NCBI GenBank assembly: GCA_001949185.1
Contig: BDGG01000003.1
Span: 624,679 to 688,678, forward strand
Reading direction: 5' to 3'
DNA length: 64,000 bases
Source: Ramazzottius varieornatus
Taxonomy: Eukaryota; Animalia; Tardigrada
Shown here: piece by piece, positions 25,455 through 38,930 of the stretch
How the letters are laid out: every line of letters begins with the position of its first letter
Numbering within the stretch: position 1 is the stretch's first letter
Position numbers and translations under genes: made by a program
The notes under the pieces: model-generated
Seen by the model: only the letters and a program-made list of their open reading frames with translations
What the model was told of the DNA's origin: nothing
The model's database searches: none

Positions 25455-25753
25455 AACTCCTAGGTCGTGAATGTTTGCAATATCTCCTAGATACTCATAT
25501 CTTATACAACCGGTGACAACCCGGCTGTCGTGTGTCGTTGTTTTTTCGTATGTCGGTATTGTCTATTGTCTTCCGCGACTTTATACTGTTCCATTTCCAG
25601 GTTGTATTTTGATGTGATAAGTTTTCGGGCGCGGAGTAAGCATTTTAACCGGGCAATTTGGTGCAAAAAATCAAAAAATTGAAAATTCCCAGTCATCCGG
25701 GTAATACACGAGAATAAGGTCTGAATAACTGGATGCGCAAACATCTGAAGAAC

Positions 25754-26338
25754 CTAGCAAGAATAAGAAAGACATTCATCAACCATCTCCTTCATCCGTG
25801 GGTTCTCCATGGCTGCAGCCACGCGTTCCTTATCGTTCAGCTGCTTGCTGATTTCTTTCACGCTGTCATGCGTACCATCTTTTATTCTTATATGAAGTTT
25901 CAGCTGTCCTGCAAGTTGAAGAAATACTAAAAGGCGGAAACAACTGATAAGAAAGAATATTTCACCTGGGTAATTTTGTTCCAGCTTGACACGAATACAA
26001 AGTCCAATGAGGGTAGCTAGTGAGCAGTGAGGGACGGTTGGTGTGAACTCCACGTGGACGCAGTACCGCTTTTCGGAGTCGGGAATGTCCGTGGGTAAGG
26101 TATCAGGGTAAAGGGAAGCATGAACGCATCCTTCGTACACTACTTTCAGATCTTCAAGCGACTGCGGATGCTCGGGATCTTTGATGCTTCGAATTAACTC
26201 TAAGATTAACATGAGCGCTGTGTGAATATTTGAACACTGTCCATCAAAGTAATCAGGGAAAGGAGAGCTTTACCAACCGTAAATGTCGTCCTGGATGTCA
26301 GAAAGTCCACTTCCGGTGGGGATGATGCCCGTTTCCAT
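25754..26338 (-). CDS. CIAO2A: Cytosolic Fe-S assembly component CIA2A/FAM96A (DUF59), 3 exons
   Basis: LIRSIKDPEHPQSLEDLKVV, FTPTVPHCSLATLIGLCIRVKL, KQLNDKERVAAAMENP. Start inferred at ATG 26338. Confidence 0.9.
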
Positions 26339-29147
26339 TCTCTGGTGGGTCGTGAAAGCGTCCCGTGGGTGTGCTTGTACCAGCACATCCACCTTCCCAT
26401 CAGGAGCTCAAATTTTTTGGATAAGATTTCACCGGGCTGTATGTTCCTGTAATGCCTAATGATTACGCGGGATTTAGAGAACTTGAAAGATCGAGAAGAG
26501 CAACAGACTGCACTGCGAGCACTCTAGTGCTGCTGAACCGCGCGTCCATCTGAGACCAGGTTACCATAAAATTCGCTTTGTCATGGTACAGGCTGTCCCA
26601 TAGGACAAGGCGCTGACGCTGAATACAGGAGTATTCAGAATCGAGTCTTGCAGTGCTTGCCTTCTTGTTTCGCACGTCTTTGAACGACGGCATGGATTAC
26701 CTGGTGCAACTGGCTAAGCACTGGTCCCGGCCTACTGTCGCCTTTGACGTACAAAATCAAGAGCTTGATCATGCGTTTCTGGTCCCGGCAACGCGCGGTT
26801 CAACAGCACTACAGTGGCTGCGAGTGATGCGCAGAGCGACTGAGTGAATCAAGAGTTACACCGTCAACGCAATCAAGTGAATCAACCGCATTCCTAATCT
26901 CACAGTCACAGTACGTGAGTGTGAGTGACGTATAGCTCTCGTCGGCTAGACTGCCAGTATCAGAGGTGCGTGATGTTGTGACGCTATGCGTCAGACGCAC
27001 TATCATCGCTATCACGGCACTGCACTCGTCTTGATTTTGACATCGCCGAGGGCTTGGTTGTGTTCCTCTGCGCGACTCCTGCAGATACTGGGAGTCTCCT
27101 GCCAGCACGTCGGGGTAGAAAGTGGGAAATCGTTAGCAGCATGGAGTATCCCATAAAGTGGCGGAGCCCGTTCTCCGGAAGGAGTCGAAAGCGCTGGTCT
27201 GCGGCCCGGAAGTCTACACCGGCTCTCTCCTCAACAGCAGATTCGAAACGGCGGAAGCTTAGAGAATAATCCACAGCTCAGCGGAGCGATATGAACATCA
27301 CTCTTATCCATGAGATCTTCCGTTGTACCACCACCCTTCAACGCGCCAAATGTCGCAAGTCACTGGTAGCCTACCCGCATTGACGTCATGGTATATAGGA
27401 CTAATCCACCGTACAGTACACGTTTCCGTCGGTGTTTCTGCTGACGTCATGCGCCGAGAGGCTGTTGACGGCTGTTCGGCAATGGTTGCGCTCTCAATTA
27501 CAGAGTGACCAGTGGATGGGGTGCGGTCCTACGAGACGACGGTTCTTGCGTGACATCGACTCTGGTACTCACCGTGAGAGACTTACCGCTTTACCAATAC
27601 TTCTGTCTGACACCCCCCAAACGTCGAAGCCGAAGCGACATGTCTGGAAGATCTTCATTCGAGCCTAATCACTCCATTCACCAAGTTCCTCCTCATTAAC
27701 TTCCACACCGCCAAATATCCGGAGAAGCAGAAAGGTAGATCACAGTCGGGACTGGCTGTGCAAGATCATTCCGCAAAGTACCTTACTGCTGGAGTACCAG
27801 TCGCAGATCAAGTCCATCTTGCTGAGTCGTCTGAGGCTGAGAATCTACCTGCGCGTATTGATCAGGGTAGATTGTGGCGTCCTCAATTATTTGGGTGGGT
27901 CTCCTGTATTATTGTATGACGCCATGATCAATGCGAGCAAAGGGTCTCGGGGCCTTCTTCCCACCACCGTCCTATGGGGAGGACAATAAATTGAGCCGGG
28001 AGAGTTTCATCGGCCTTTGCATGAACATATCCATGCCGTTCTGTGGCCATATCCACCGGCTCAGCTGGTGTGGGCGATCAATGCTTTCAAGGGACTGGAA
28101 AGACACGCACTGGCGAAGTAGTCCCATCTCAAATTCGAAAACATAGAGAAAGTAAGGTAGCGTACACTGCTTCTCAACGCTTGCTTTGGTATCGAATATT
28201 CTTTGCAGATTTCACTTTGTAGTGACATGACAGCAACCTTGGCCGAGGCCGAGCACGAAAGGGTATCGGATGGGATGATTCTGGTGGTGGTTAGAGGAAG
28301 GTTTGCCTGTCGGATCTTGGACTGCGTCATCTCTTTCGAGGTGATGGCTAGGGAGGCTTGTCGCATTGGGACAGTACTGTGGTGTTCCAGTGCAACGTCG
28401 AAAGGCAAGAATAAAAATCATTCACTGTCTTTCGTGTGCGAAAGGCCGCCGTATGCATTCGAACTGCTTTTCCATCGTTCATTCAAACAACAGTTGGATC
28501 ACGATGATACGGTAGGCAACGGTTAGGGTCTCTAACCAGGTATTACCAATATGCGTGTGGTTCGTCAGCTTCGATCTGTTGTTTTTTTTGGAATACAAAC
28601 AAGGTATTCTCTACTGTACCAGTGCTGTTAGGGAATGCTGAAATGCTTTTGATTTCTACGCGGTGTCGATCTTTTGAGACTTGTGTACAGTTTAATATTT
28701 GCATGTCTGTCGTGGTTCGTGGTGTGGAGGCTCGTGGTTTCTGCGATGACGTCAGAGTTCGAAATCAGTTGCGGTAGATATTGTGTAACACTGCGTGTCG
28801 CGGCATCTGTTTGCTTGTCTGGCGTGTACTGTACCTACCTTTACACACTCGACCACCTCGACAATCAACCTTCTTGATAACAACCGGTTTCCGGTACTGT
28901 TCATTTTTTTCGCTAGTTTCCGTGATGGCAGCGCGTACGATAAACTGTCATTGACATTTCGCCTACTTGTGCACATTTTTTACAATACTTACCCTACCTT
29001 ACAAAGGCTCTTCGAGTAGAGCACCAGCATGCGAGTAGCTTCCGTGCTGCCAAGATGGTGCTTCCGTCGACTTTCGACCCAGCTGACGTGGTGATTAATA
29101 ACATGATCATTCGAAATTCTATTTGAATATCTGGATCTTCTCAAAAG

Positions 29148-31456
29148 ATGAAGAAATCTCGCTTATATTTCTTGCCTGTATTTTTTATTTATCTGTCTGT
29201 GATACGCAATGCGGTTGCGGAAGTGTTTACGTCCATGGCGGACGTGGAAAACCTCGTCAACAAGGAACGGCAAATTTTGGATATTTTTCGGCTGCTAATC
29301 AAAGCGGAACAGGAGAAAATATCTGCAATACAAAAGTATGCTCCTGCTGATTCGTTTCTTGTCGTGTTGAAGTATGCTCAAGATTGCATCTGATTTTTCA
29401 GTTACATCGAGGAATTTACAGAGACGTACGACAAGCAGGGTGTTGATCCAATCAAGGTTGTGTCGCATCCCGTCAATGCGTTCTTGCTGGTCAAGCATCT
29501 TAGCGTGGACTATGGAAACCTTAGAGAATACCTCAAGAATGATTTTATCGGCGGTGAGATTTCACTGAGACTTTCGTGATTTTGTAAAGTTTTGAACTTG
29601 GTATTTTCCGAAATCAGCTTCGAATTGTGCGTTTATGTTTATCATTCTGGATTAGAAAACAGGTATGTAATTTTATTTTTCGCTTGTTGTAGCCGCCCTG
29701 GAGGACATCGAGAAGATTCGTTCCTCTACGCGGTTCCCCGAAGAAGAAGACATCAAAGGCGCTGCAGAAGGATTCGTTCGTCTCCAAAGAACTTACAAGA
29801 TTTCCACAGAGAACTTCTCTTCCGGTCTCATACCCGGTATCGCACCCGCGCGACCCATGACGTCCTTCGAATGTCACTTGATCGGGCACCGGTTAGCCCT
29901 GGAAAAGCATCACCTACACGCTGCCAGCTGGCTGGAAATGGCGTTGAAGAAACTGAAGGAAGGGAAAGAGACACCGAAAGAACAGACAAAGGAGATCGAG
30001 TCGTTGGACTGGCTACAATATTCGTACCACCAACTGGGGAACCCGTACGCCGCGTTGGAACTGAGTAGGAAAGTGAAGGAACTGGACCCGAACTTCCCGA
30101 CCGTGGATTCGAATGTCGAGTTTTATACCAATATGATGAAGGACATGCCGGAGAATGTTCTGGAGACGGTCAAGAGCCAGCCGAGACCGCCGGTTCTGAC
30201 GGACCATGGAGGAGCCTATGAAGCGCTATGTCGCGGAGAAGGGATTTTGGTATGGGTGTTCCTACATAAAGTATAACACGCGCGCTATCTTCAGGATTCG
30301 CTTTAGAGTTCGGAAGTAGTAAAATGGTCGAATGGCCGGTTTGCTCATTCGTATGACAGCCAAGACTGTCAAAATAGGCTTGATAGTAGTTTATTCTATT
30401 GATACAAATTAGCTTTTATTGCGGTTATTTTCCTGCCTGAGTTCGTGTATCAGTTTTATGTGACTGGTCTAAGTACGTAGAAAGTGACGTTCGTGTTTTC
30501 GGTTGCAGAGACCGAATGTGACCAAGCAGCTACGGTGCTACTACGAAACCTACAACAACCCGGTTCTCCGAGCCCAGCCCGTGAAGATAGAACTGGCGCA
30601 TGTCAGCCCCGACATTTTTGTCATCCACGACGTTGCGTTGGTGTCGCAAATGGAGAGAGTGAAAGAGGTTGCCATGAAGCACCTTCAGAGAGCCACTGTG
30701 GTCAAACCGGGATCTGTTGGGACGGAGTTCGCCAAAATTCGCATATCCAAATCGTAAGTCACCTATGTTATAGCTGACCCTGGCCAAAAGTGCTTTTGCT
30801 GACACGAAGTAGCGTGGAGAAAAGTGTGTTAGTGACCTCCGCTAAAGTGCGTCCAAGTTGCGTAGCTTTGCGCATTCTGTTCTGATCGATACTAACCGGC
30901 CACAGCTGAGATTTTTAATTTAATATTGGACTTCAGCGCTGACTCTTGTAACCGATCCGAAAATTGTCTGTACAGGGCGTTTTTGGATGAACCGGCAGAT
31001 CCAGTCATCGCCACTGTCAACAAGCGAATCGCTCAAGTGACCAATTTCGATATGAAGCACGCCGAACACCTCCAAGTGGCCAACTACGGTATTGGTGGTC
31101 ATTACAACGCCCACTATGACTTCTTCCGGAACCCCAACGATCCCAACACGAAACAGATCGAAGAACACAAGGGAGATCGCATCGCGACCCTGCTTATGTA
31201 CATGACGGACGTGGAGGCCGGTGGCGCCACCACCTTCCCGTCAATCAACGTGACGCTCTTCCCGCAAAAAGGTTCCGCGGCCTTCTGGTACAACCTCTAC
31301 AGGGACGGAAAAGGAGACGTAAGGACACTACACGAAGGATGTCCGGTACTAGCGGGGAACAAATGGGTGTCCAATAAATGGATTCGTGAAGTTGGTCAAC
31401 ATGTCTTTCGTCCTTGTGCCTTGTTCAAGGACAGCCCTAATATAACAGACTTTTGA
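29148..31456 (+). CDS. P4HA: Collagen prolyl 4-hydroxylase alpha subunit, copy 1 (5 exons)
   Basis: Signal peptide then AEVFTSM, HPVNAFLLVKHL, YEALCRGE, LQVANYGIGGHYNAHYD, RIATLLMYMTDVEAGGATTFP, RTLHEGCPVLAGNKWVSNKW. Confidence 0.93.
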
Positions 31457-31987
31457 AGTAATGTTTCAACTCTTTTAGAATCAATAGTGAATCTACTATT
31501 GCCTATATCGCTCTATTTTTGCTCAACACGGCCTATGAAGGCCGAATAAATTCAGATGGAATATTGGTGAGACGTCCGGCTAAGTAGTGTAGTATGCGGA
31601 TTATACGACGGACAGCGTCCAAAAGCGGCGACTCGGCAGCTAGCTATACGTGAGACTGGCTGTGGGATCGCGCTTTCAGTTTCTAATCCATACTTCCGCG
31701 TCCGTCACATGTTGACGCTTCCATTGTCTTCTTGCAAGATCTTGACAATCGAGCAAGGGAAGGAACACATCTTGCAGCTGACTGTCTTTCCACGGACTGA
31801 GTGAAGAGACGCGGCGTGGTTACACGCTCTGAATGTTCGCGTTGTTATCTTTCACTGACCGACATCACACCTGTTTTCTACGAGCTAGTGAAAGTTGCTC
31901 AAAGAGGCGCGAAAGTTTCGTAATAGCTTCTAGCCTCCCTCAGCAGCGACGACATGAGACCGATAGGTAGCTTGAGCTGACGGAATC

Positions 31988-33957
31988 ATGTTCAATAGGA
32001 AGCGCCTCGATATATCCTTGTTGCTCTTTCCACTTTTGTGTTACTGCCAACATGTGTCAGCCGAAGTCTTCACATCAATGTCCAATATCCAGACTCTCAT
32101 TGCGGAGGAATTTCAGGTGGTCAACATATTGCGGGAAATCATAAAAGCGGAAAGGACCAAACTCGACTTTATTCAAGAGTACGATTCACTCCACACTGTC
32201 GCTCTTTGTCTCGTCCGGGAGTAATACCAGTCCTCTTGTTTCAGGTACGTGGATGAGTTCTCTCGTGTATACGGTGAGCACAGCGGTGACGTAACGATAA
32301 ATTCGGAGGTAATTGCCTCGCATCCACTTAATGCGTTCCGGCTGGTCAAACATCTCTCGGTTGACTGGGATACGGTTCGCCGCCTGATGACCACAAACCT
32401 AGCTATCGGTACGAGAACTGAACTGGAGCTTCTTTATTACACATTCCCCCCCCCCCCGACTTTATGGTTTCCCGCCTTTCAGGGGGAGTTCAAGAAATCG
32501 AGCGGCTTCGGTCTCTCTCCCAAGGTCTTCTCAACGAAGAAGACCTCAAAGGAGCGGTCGAAGCCATCGTACGCTTGCAGTACACCTACGACATCGACGA
32601 GGAACAAGTTGCCAGCGGGACACTGACCGGTTCCACTGTAACCGCTCTAGAATTGTCCTCATTGGAATGCTACCTGTTGGGTCTTCACCAAGCTCAACTG
32701 GGATTTCATGATTACGCAGTCCGTTGGCTGAGTCTCGCATGGAAGCTCTTTGACCAAGAGCAGCGATTGGACATTCAGAAGAGCTCACCGATAGGCAAAG
32801 TGGAAATACTGGACTGGCTGCAGCATTCAACCTTCCAGCGGGGCAATATTTCTTATGCTTTGGAGTTGTCGCAGCAGATAAAGAAAATCAACCCGGCCTT
32901 CGCGCATGTTGATGAGAATATCGCTTACTATCAAAAACTATTGAATGACACACCGCAAGAAATATGGGCTAAAATGGAGGACGAGAACGGAAAAATTAGT
33001 GGGGAGAAATCGAGCGGAACTTATGAAGCACTCTGTCGGGGCGAGGGAAAGTTGGTGAGCTACAGACGCATTAAACTTCAATACGGCGTGTATGCAAGCA
33101 CCACTACTATCTCGCAACCTAAATTCTCTCTACAGGATATCAATGTGGAGAAACAATTGCACTGCTACACAGAGACTTATAGTAAACCCTGGCTGCTCCT
33201 CCAGCCTGTCAAGATCGAAATGGCGTACTTGAACCCGGATATCTTCGTCGTACACGATGTTCTGTTTCCATCTCAAATGGAACAAGTAAAGAGTGTGGCG
33301 AAGAGAAAGCTGCAACGAGCCATGGTCGTTAAACCGGGAACCACGGAGAATCAAGCAGCCAGAATTCGCATCTCCAAAAAGTAAGCAGTAATTTTACAGA
33401 GATTTCTGTACATTGGGCTTATTACCATAGCTAAAATTTATTGTGTCTGTTACTCATTGTTGATTCGCAGCGCGTTCCTGAATGAAGACGTACATCCGGT
33501 CATCGCAGCCGTAAACAACCGCATCGGTCTTGTGACGAACCTGGACATGCGCATCGCCGAGGAACTCCAAGTGGCAAACTACGGTATCGGTGGTCACTAC
33601 GACGCCCATTTCGACCATTTTCGCACTTTATACGAGATCAACCATAAGCATATCGACGGAGAGTGGGGTGATCGAATGGCCACCTTCCTGCTGTACATGT
33701 CGGACGTGGAAGCAGGTGGCGCTACAGTCTTTCCGCGCATCAATCTAACTTTGTATCCGGCGAAAGGGTCGGCAGCCTTCTGGTTCAACCTGCACAAAGA
33801 TGGACTAGGAGATGAGAGGACACTTCATGCTGGATGTCCAGTACTTGTTGGCTCAAAATGGATCTCCAACAAATGGATCAGGGAGAAGTGGCAGGATGTA
33901 ACGAGACCGTGTGGGCTACAGCCGGATAGTCCAGAATGGGACAATGGATGGCCGTGA
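31988..33957 (+). CDS. P4HA: Collagen prolyl 4-hydroxylase alpha subunit, copy 2 (5 exons, tandem paralog)
   Basis: Same motifs (AEVFTSM, HPLNAFRLVKHL, YEALCRGE, GHYDAHFD, RTLHAGCPV, SNKWIRE) and matching intron positions. Confidence 0.93.
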
Positions 33958-34469
33958 ATTTATAGTCGAAATCGGCCTGTCTGAACCGCAAGACCAGTCA
34001 CCAGTCCTAGTCCGGAGTCGTTTCTAGATGAGAAAGTCTCGATAATGTCTAAAACTACTATTCGCACGTGTTATCTGCGCTAAATACTGCACCGCTGCAG
34101 TGGGGTTTGGGTAAACAGAGGTCGTACGTTCTATTCCTGATGTAGAAAGCTCGTTTCGGTTCAGCAATGCTTCTTCGGATGACGCCCAACTTCCGTCTGC
34201 CCATTAAGAACAAAACAATCACGCCCCTTGTACGGCAAATGGACTAGTACTTTGCGGGAAAAAAGCTAGTATTGCAAAGCGTAACAGATGATACCCGAAA
34301 ACTCTCTTCCGTCATATCTTTGCGCCGTTTACCATATCCGTTGGACATGCGTGCCGACCGCACCTATGAACTGCCGCGAAGGCTCGCGATATTATTATTA
34401 CAATCTATATATTTCGATGAGGTTTTTTCAGATCGCGTGGAGATGGACGCTGTTAGCTACGTAGACAGT

Positions 34470-34800
34470 CGGCGGGGACTTCACCTGTCGCCTTCTTGCT
34501 TCCCTTAAAGTGTTTGGACTTTACCTAAGTGCAATACTCTTGACTGTCGCCAACGTCGACCGCTTTCTCGCTGTACGGAACCCTCTAGTCTCCGAGCGGA
34601 AAGCTCACCGACGCACTGTCCGAATGATTACGGCAGCCTGGGCGATCAGCGCGGCTACAGTGTGTCTAACGTCCACTCTGCTGTCTTTCACCTGTCCCAA
34701 AATTTAAACCACCCTCGGTGCCACCAGGTAAACAAGACCTGGATTGATCCAAACACAGCTGATCGAAAACTCTATACGATAAATCACTCGATGCGAATGT
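34470..34800 (+). pseudogene. Class A GPCR fragment (TM3-TM4)
   Basis: LSAILLTVANVDRFLAVRNPL...MITAAWAIS, bounded by stop codons with no complete 7TM frame. Confidence 0.6.
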
Positions 34801-35151
34801 TTACGGACCTTCTTAAACAGCAGCAATTTCAGGCTCTGATTGAAACTGCACCGAAATCGTGTACCGGATCTACGTTATGTTGCTGACATTATGGCTTCCA
34901 CCTCGTAATCAATGCTTCTTACACGGGTACCTGAATCGGATTACAGACTAAAAGCTCTCTTCGCTAGTAGGAAAAAGTCTGTCCTACCGAGTCTTTACGG
35001 AGTAAGTACGGAGTTAATGACTGAGCCTCACCGGAGACTCAATGGTAACAAAAACCAGACGGAGCACAGCAAAATTAAAGATACTATTGCGTCCAACGAT
35101 ACCTCCTAGTTAACTTTTGAGCTCACAACACTTTGCACGGAACTTGATTCG

Positions 35152-38125
35152 CTAATACAATTGTTCAGCACAGGGCTGATCCCCAGCCGCAGAGTTGATC
35201 GCTTTCAGACGCGCTTCATCCCACAGCTGTTGACGTTGGGGATCAACCTTGCAAGTGGCTCTGTCGTAATGGTAGAAGTCTATAATAGGCCGCAAATGGT
35301 CGATGGCCAGTGTCACACCTACTTTGCGCGCCGCCAAGAAGGCTGCTCCATACGCGGAGGAGCCATCAAGTCGAAGCATTCGCAGAGGCGGAACAGCTTC
35401 ATCCAACGCTTCCAGAAACCCTACAAAAAGATTGGTGAAGCATCCATATGAAACACATCAATGAAGAACTCAACCAGGAAAATTAATGTCAGTCAGGCCG
35501 TTCTTCTACGACAAACTGCACACGATCATTTCTCCATGTGACGCACTCTACCAGGCAGTAACAGTGGAAAGATGCGCCACCTGAGAAAACCGTCTTGTCG
35601 AGTTGTTCGAAGTGGCGCACGCTTCCAGCCATTAACAATGAAAGCGTGCGCCTCTTGATTTGAATATTCAGCTCAACCTTGAGCACGGCCTTAAGTCCGA
35701 ACCTCTGACTGTCAAGGCCGTGCCGGACACAAAGTTGACTGCAGTACCCATAGGAAAACGGCAAAATTACCCAAGGCGAAATGAGTCTTTCTCCAGGCTG
35801 CACTTACCGTCTTTGAGGCATTCCCAGCTTTTCCAGACCGAGCCGACACAAACCACCGGAACCCCATTCGGTTCTCGCAGCAGCTCTGGAGCAATGTGTG
35901 GAGTGATGGCATTGATGTGGTGGGCAAGACGTCGGCCGGCTTCATGGTACAAATAGGCGCACAGCGGATCTCCCATCAGCGCACCTTCGGCAATACTGCT
36001 GGCCATATTGGCCACGGCTGCCTTCTGGAAGGGTGCGTAGTAATAGGGCAAGATTTCCGAGCGTTGCTTCACCTTGAAGAACTTGAGCACTTGTTCGCGG
36101 AGGACATTGATGTCGAAGTGGCTTTGACGATAATTATCATCGTGTTCGAAGAGAATCTTGACGGCGCGGGTGGCGATCCAGTAAGCCGAACCTTCGTCGG
36201 CCAACAGATGGCCCCATCCACCACACTTCATCTTGCTTCCATCTGGGTTCCGCAACACGCAATTCGAGCCAGTTCCTAAAAAGAATAAACACACGTTCAA
36301 TTCCATCCATGGTAGTATCTCTTTTTACGCCGTAGGCAAATTTGGTGATGTGGGCAAATAATTTGACCGGATCGTTTTCCCAAGTGGCGCCCACTTTCAG
36401 CCAACAGCAGTGTAAACGTGCGCCACTTGAAACGACACGCTGGTTCAGTCCCTTTTCCCACGATCCATCTTGATAGTCTTTTTGCTGCATAGATATTCTT
36501 TCAGGGAACGGTCAGGACGATCATACGCTGATCTTCATTTTGATGCTTTTACCTGACAGGTAGGTTTCTTAGCTTACTATAGAAAGCAGGAAGGGATGCT
36601 ATGAACCCTCCCTGGAGCTGGAGAAAATCCTGAAAGCGTGGAGCCATTGTCTACTCCGCACAGTACCACTAAGTTCTTAGGGTGTCTACTGATTCTTGTA
36701 TCGTGGGTAGAATGGAGTCACCGGCAGCAAAAACGAAGTAAGTGTACTCCTGAACACCTATATTGTTTCAGGTAAGTCAAAGAAAGTNNNNNNNNNNNNN
36801 NNNNNNNNNNNNNNNNNNNNNNNNNNNNNNNNNNNNNTTCTACCCCGATACAAGAATCAGTAGACACCCTAAGAACTTAGTGGTACTGTGCGGAGTAGAC
36901 AATGGCTCCACGCTTTCAGGATTTTCTCCAGCTCCAGGGAGGGTTCATAGCATCACTTCCTGCTCTTTATAGTAAGCCGAAAGACACTCCTATCAGCTAC
37001 AAGCATCAAAATGATGATCGGCGTATGATCGTCCTGACCGTTTCCTCGTTAGATGTTCTAAGTTAAGGAGATATTCTTCTTCCTGCATAAAGCAGAATAT
37101 GCTATCCACTTTTACTACAGGGACGGTTAGCACTTGCTTCCCGATGCCAGGGCGCGAGTTATACCCTCCTGATCAGTGATCAGATCTGATAAAAGCCACC
37201 GCAACGCCAAACTGTGAAGACGGCATCTCCGCTCTACAGTACCGATTAGACCTTCCCGAAATCTGAATTTTAAAAGATGGCCATGCTTTCGTGGTTTCGA
37301 GAAAACTATATCGAACGTTATCAACGGAGCCCAATATCAATATCAAGGCCCTCGCTTGAGAAAGGGAGTGGGGCGGGGGAAAAAGATCCAGGGATTTCCG
37401 GTCATGTGATCCCTGTATCTTCCTTCCCGTGAGTTAGACGAATGGGTTCGGATGGTTTGGTTATCAGACGAAAATTTAGCTAAGGAGCGCTGAGTCTAGG
37501 AGCGATCTTGCCCTTATATTTTTCTTCTCTTATGGGTCTTACACCCCAAAGGGCCAAATATACACGTTACATAACTGGTATTAGGCATTAGACATTTTTA
37601 CGTAATGCGCAAGCGTGCGCCACTCTACTTGGGCTTTGCTCACCTGTCCGAGGAACCTCGGTAAACAGTGCCTGTCAATCACATCAACTTGCCTGACTCA
37701 AGAAAGACATGTCGGTATTTACCTGAGATAAGGACGATGCCGGTGAGTGATGGCAAGGCTGTGGCCAGCGATCCCATGGTATCGTTATAGATACAATAGT
37801 CCTGCGCCGGTTGGAAATGCGAATGGACATGCGACACCAATTTGTTGTTCATCGTCTCGTCATCCGCTCCAGCCAGACACAAGCCCAGACAAGAAATGAC
37901 AACATCCCTGTCCAGCCTGGCATTGCGTCTCAAATCTGCCACCATCTGAGCAATGTTCTTGGAGGTTTGTTCGATGCCGATATTCCACATGTTGGTCGTG
38001 TCGCTTGTGCTGGTGGCCAACACTTCGGCTCTCTCGTCGAGCAGTACGGCGTTGGACGATGTTCCTCCACCTTCCACGCCGGCGTAGTATCGCTTCTCAG
38101 TGTGTCCATTCTGCAAAGAAGACAT
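35152..38125 (-). CDS. NAGK: N-acetyl-D-glucosamine kinase; exons 38125-37723, 36275-35808, 35420-35152
   Basis: YAGVEGGGTSS, LGLCLAGAD, GIVLISG|TGSNC, CGGWGHLLADEGSAYWIA, VVCVGSVWKSW, SSAYGAAFLAA. Confidence 0.94.
36507..37042. repeat. ~205-bp inverted repeat arms (36507-36712 and 36838-37042) flanking the assembly gap in NAGK intron 1
   Basis: Direct reverse-complement match, e.g. GCTATGAACCCTCCCTGGAGCTGGAGAAAATCCTGAAAGCG versus CGCTTTCAGGATTTTCTCCAGCTCCAGGGAGGGTTCATAGC. Confidence 0.9.
36788..36837. other. Assembly gap (50 N)
   Basis: Run of N. Confidence 1.
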
Positions 38126-38372
38126 GATTCAATATTGCAGATAGCAGATAGCAGATAAACAGGATCAGCAAACTGAGCAAAGGAAGAAACTGCGCCGCTG
38201 TGATCGTCGCTGCCGATTATTCACGAAATCAGCTGACGAGCAACCAGGATTCATGATCACGAGTTTGCAACATAAGTTAGAACACGCTACGCCGATATGG
38301 AGTACGTACAACCATATCTCGTGCATTACCGAAGCTGCGTAGCGGAAATCACTTCCGCTTTAGGTGGCAGCA

Positions 38373-38930
38373 TAGACCTGGCAATGGTGTGGTTTTACCA
38401 CACGAGGAAAAAAACCACACTTTTTGGTTACGGTGTGCGCAGAACACCAAATCGAAAAAAGCGGTGTCCGTTCCACACCGAATTTTCGGTTTCGGTGTCC
38501 GAGGACACCACATTACATCAAACCGAAAAACTTCTGCTGCACCATTTCGTAGGAAGGCATGCCTTGATCGGGAACTAAGGCGGAGCACGACACGCTTTGA
38601 GTGGCCAAATATACAGGGAAAACCGACAGGACCAGTAGAATTAAGCATACTGACGTCAGGTCTAGCTTTGGTGTGTGCATTGTTGTCATTTGGTTTCCGT
38701 TTGAAAATCTGTGTTACGCCAAGGTTTGCTCCCTAGCGGTTATTAAATAAAATTTTTGCTTTTCCGGTTTTTCGGTTTGGTGTGGTGTGGTGCATCAAAA
38801 GAGTGGTGTCTCATTCACACCAGACTGAAAAAAGTGATGTGACTTTCGCACCGAAAAAGTAGTTTCGGTGCGGAAGAACACCAGACCAAAACACACCCCA
38901 CCACACTTACTCACACTTTTGCCAGGTCTA
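38373..38930. mobile_element. hAT-type MITE (558 bp)
   Basis: TIRs TAGACCTGGCAA / TTGCCAGGTCTA. Perfect 8-bp TSD TGGCAGCA at 38365-72 and 38931-38. CACAC/GGTGT/ACCG subterminal repeats. Confidence 0.93.

Noticed and set aside
26470-28530. Cluster of short overlapping ORFs, possible decayed gene or TE
   Set aside because: No motif, TIR or TSD that I could confirm.
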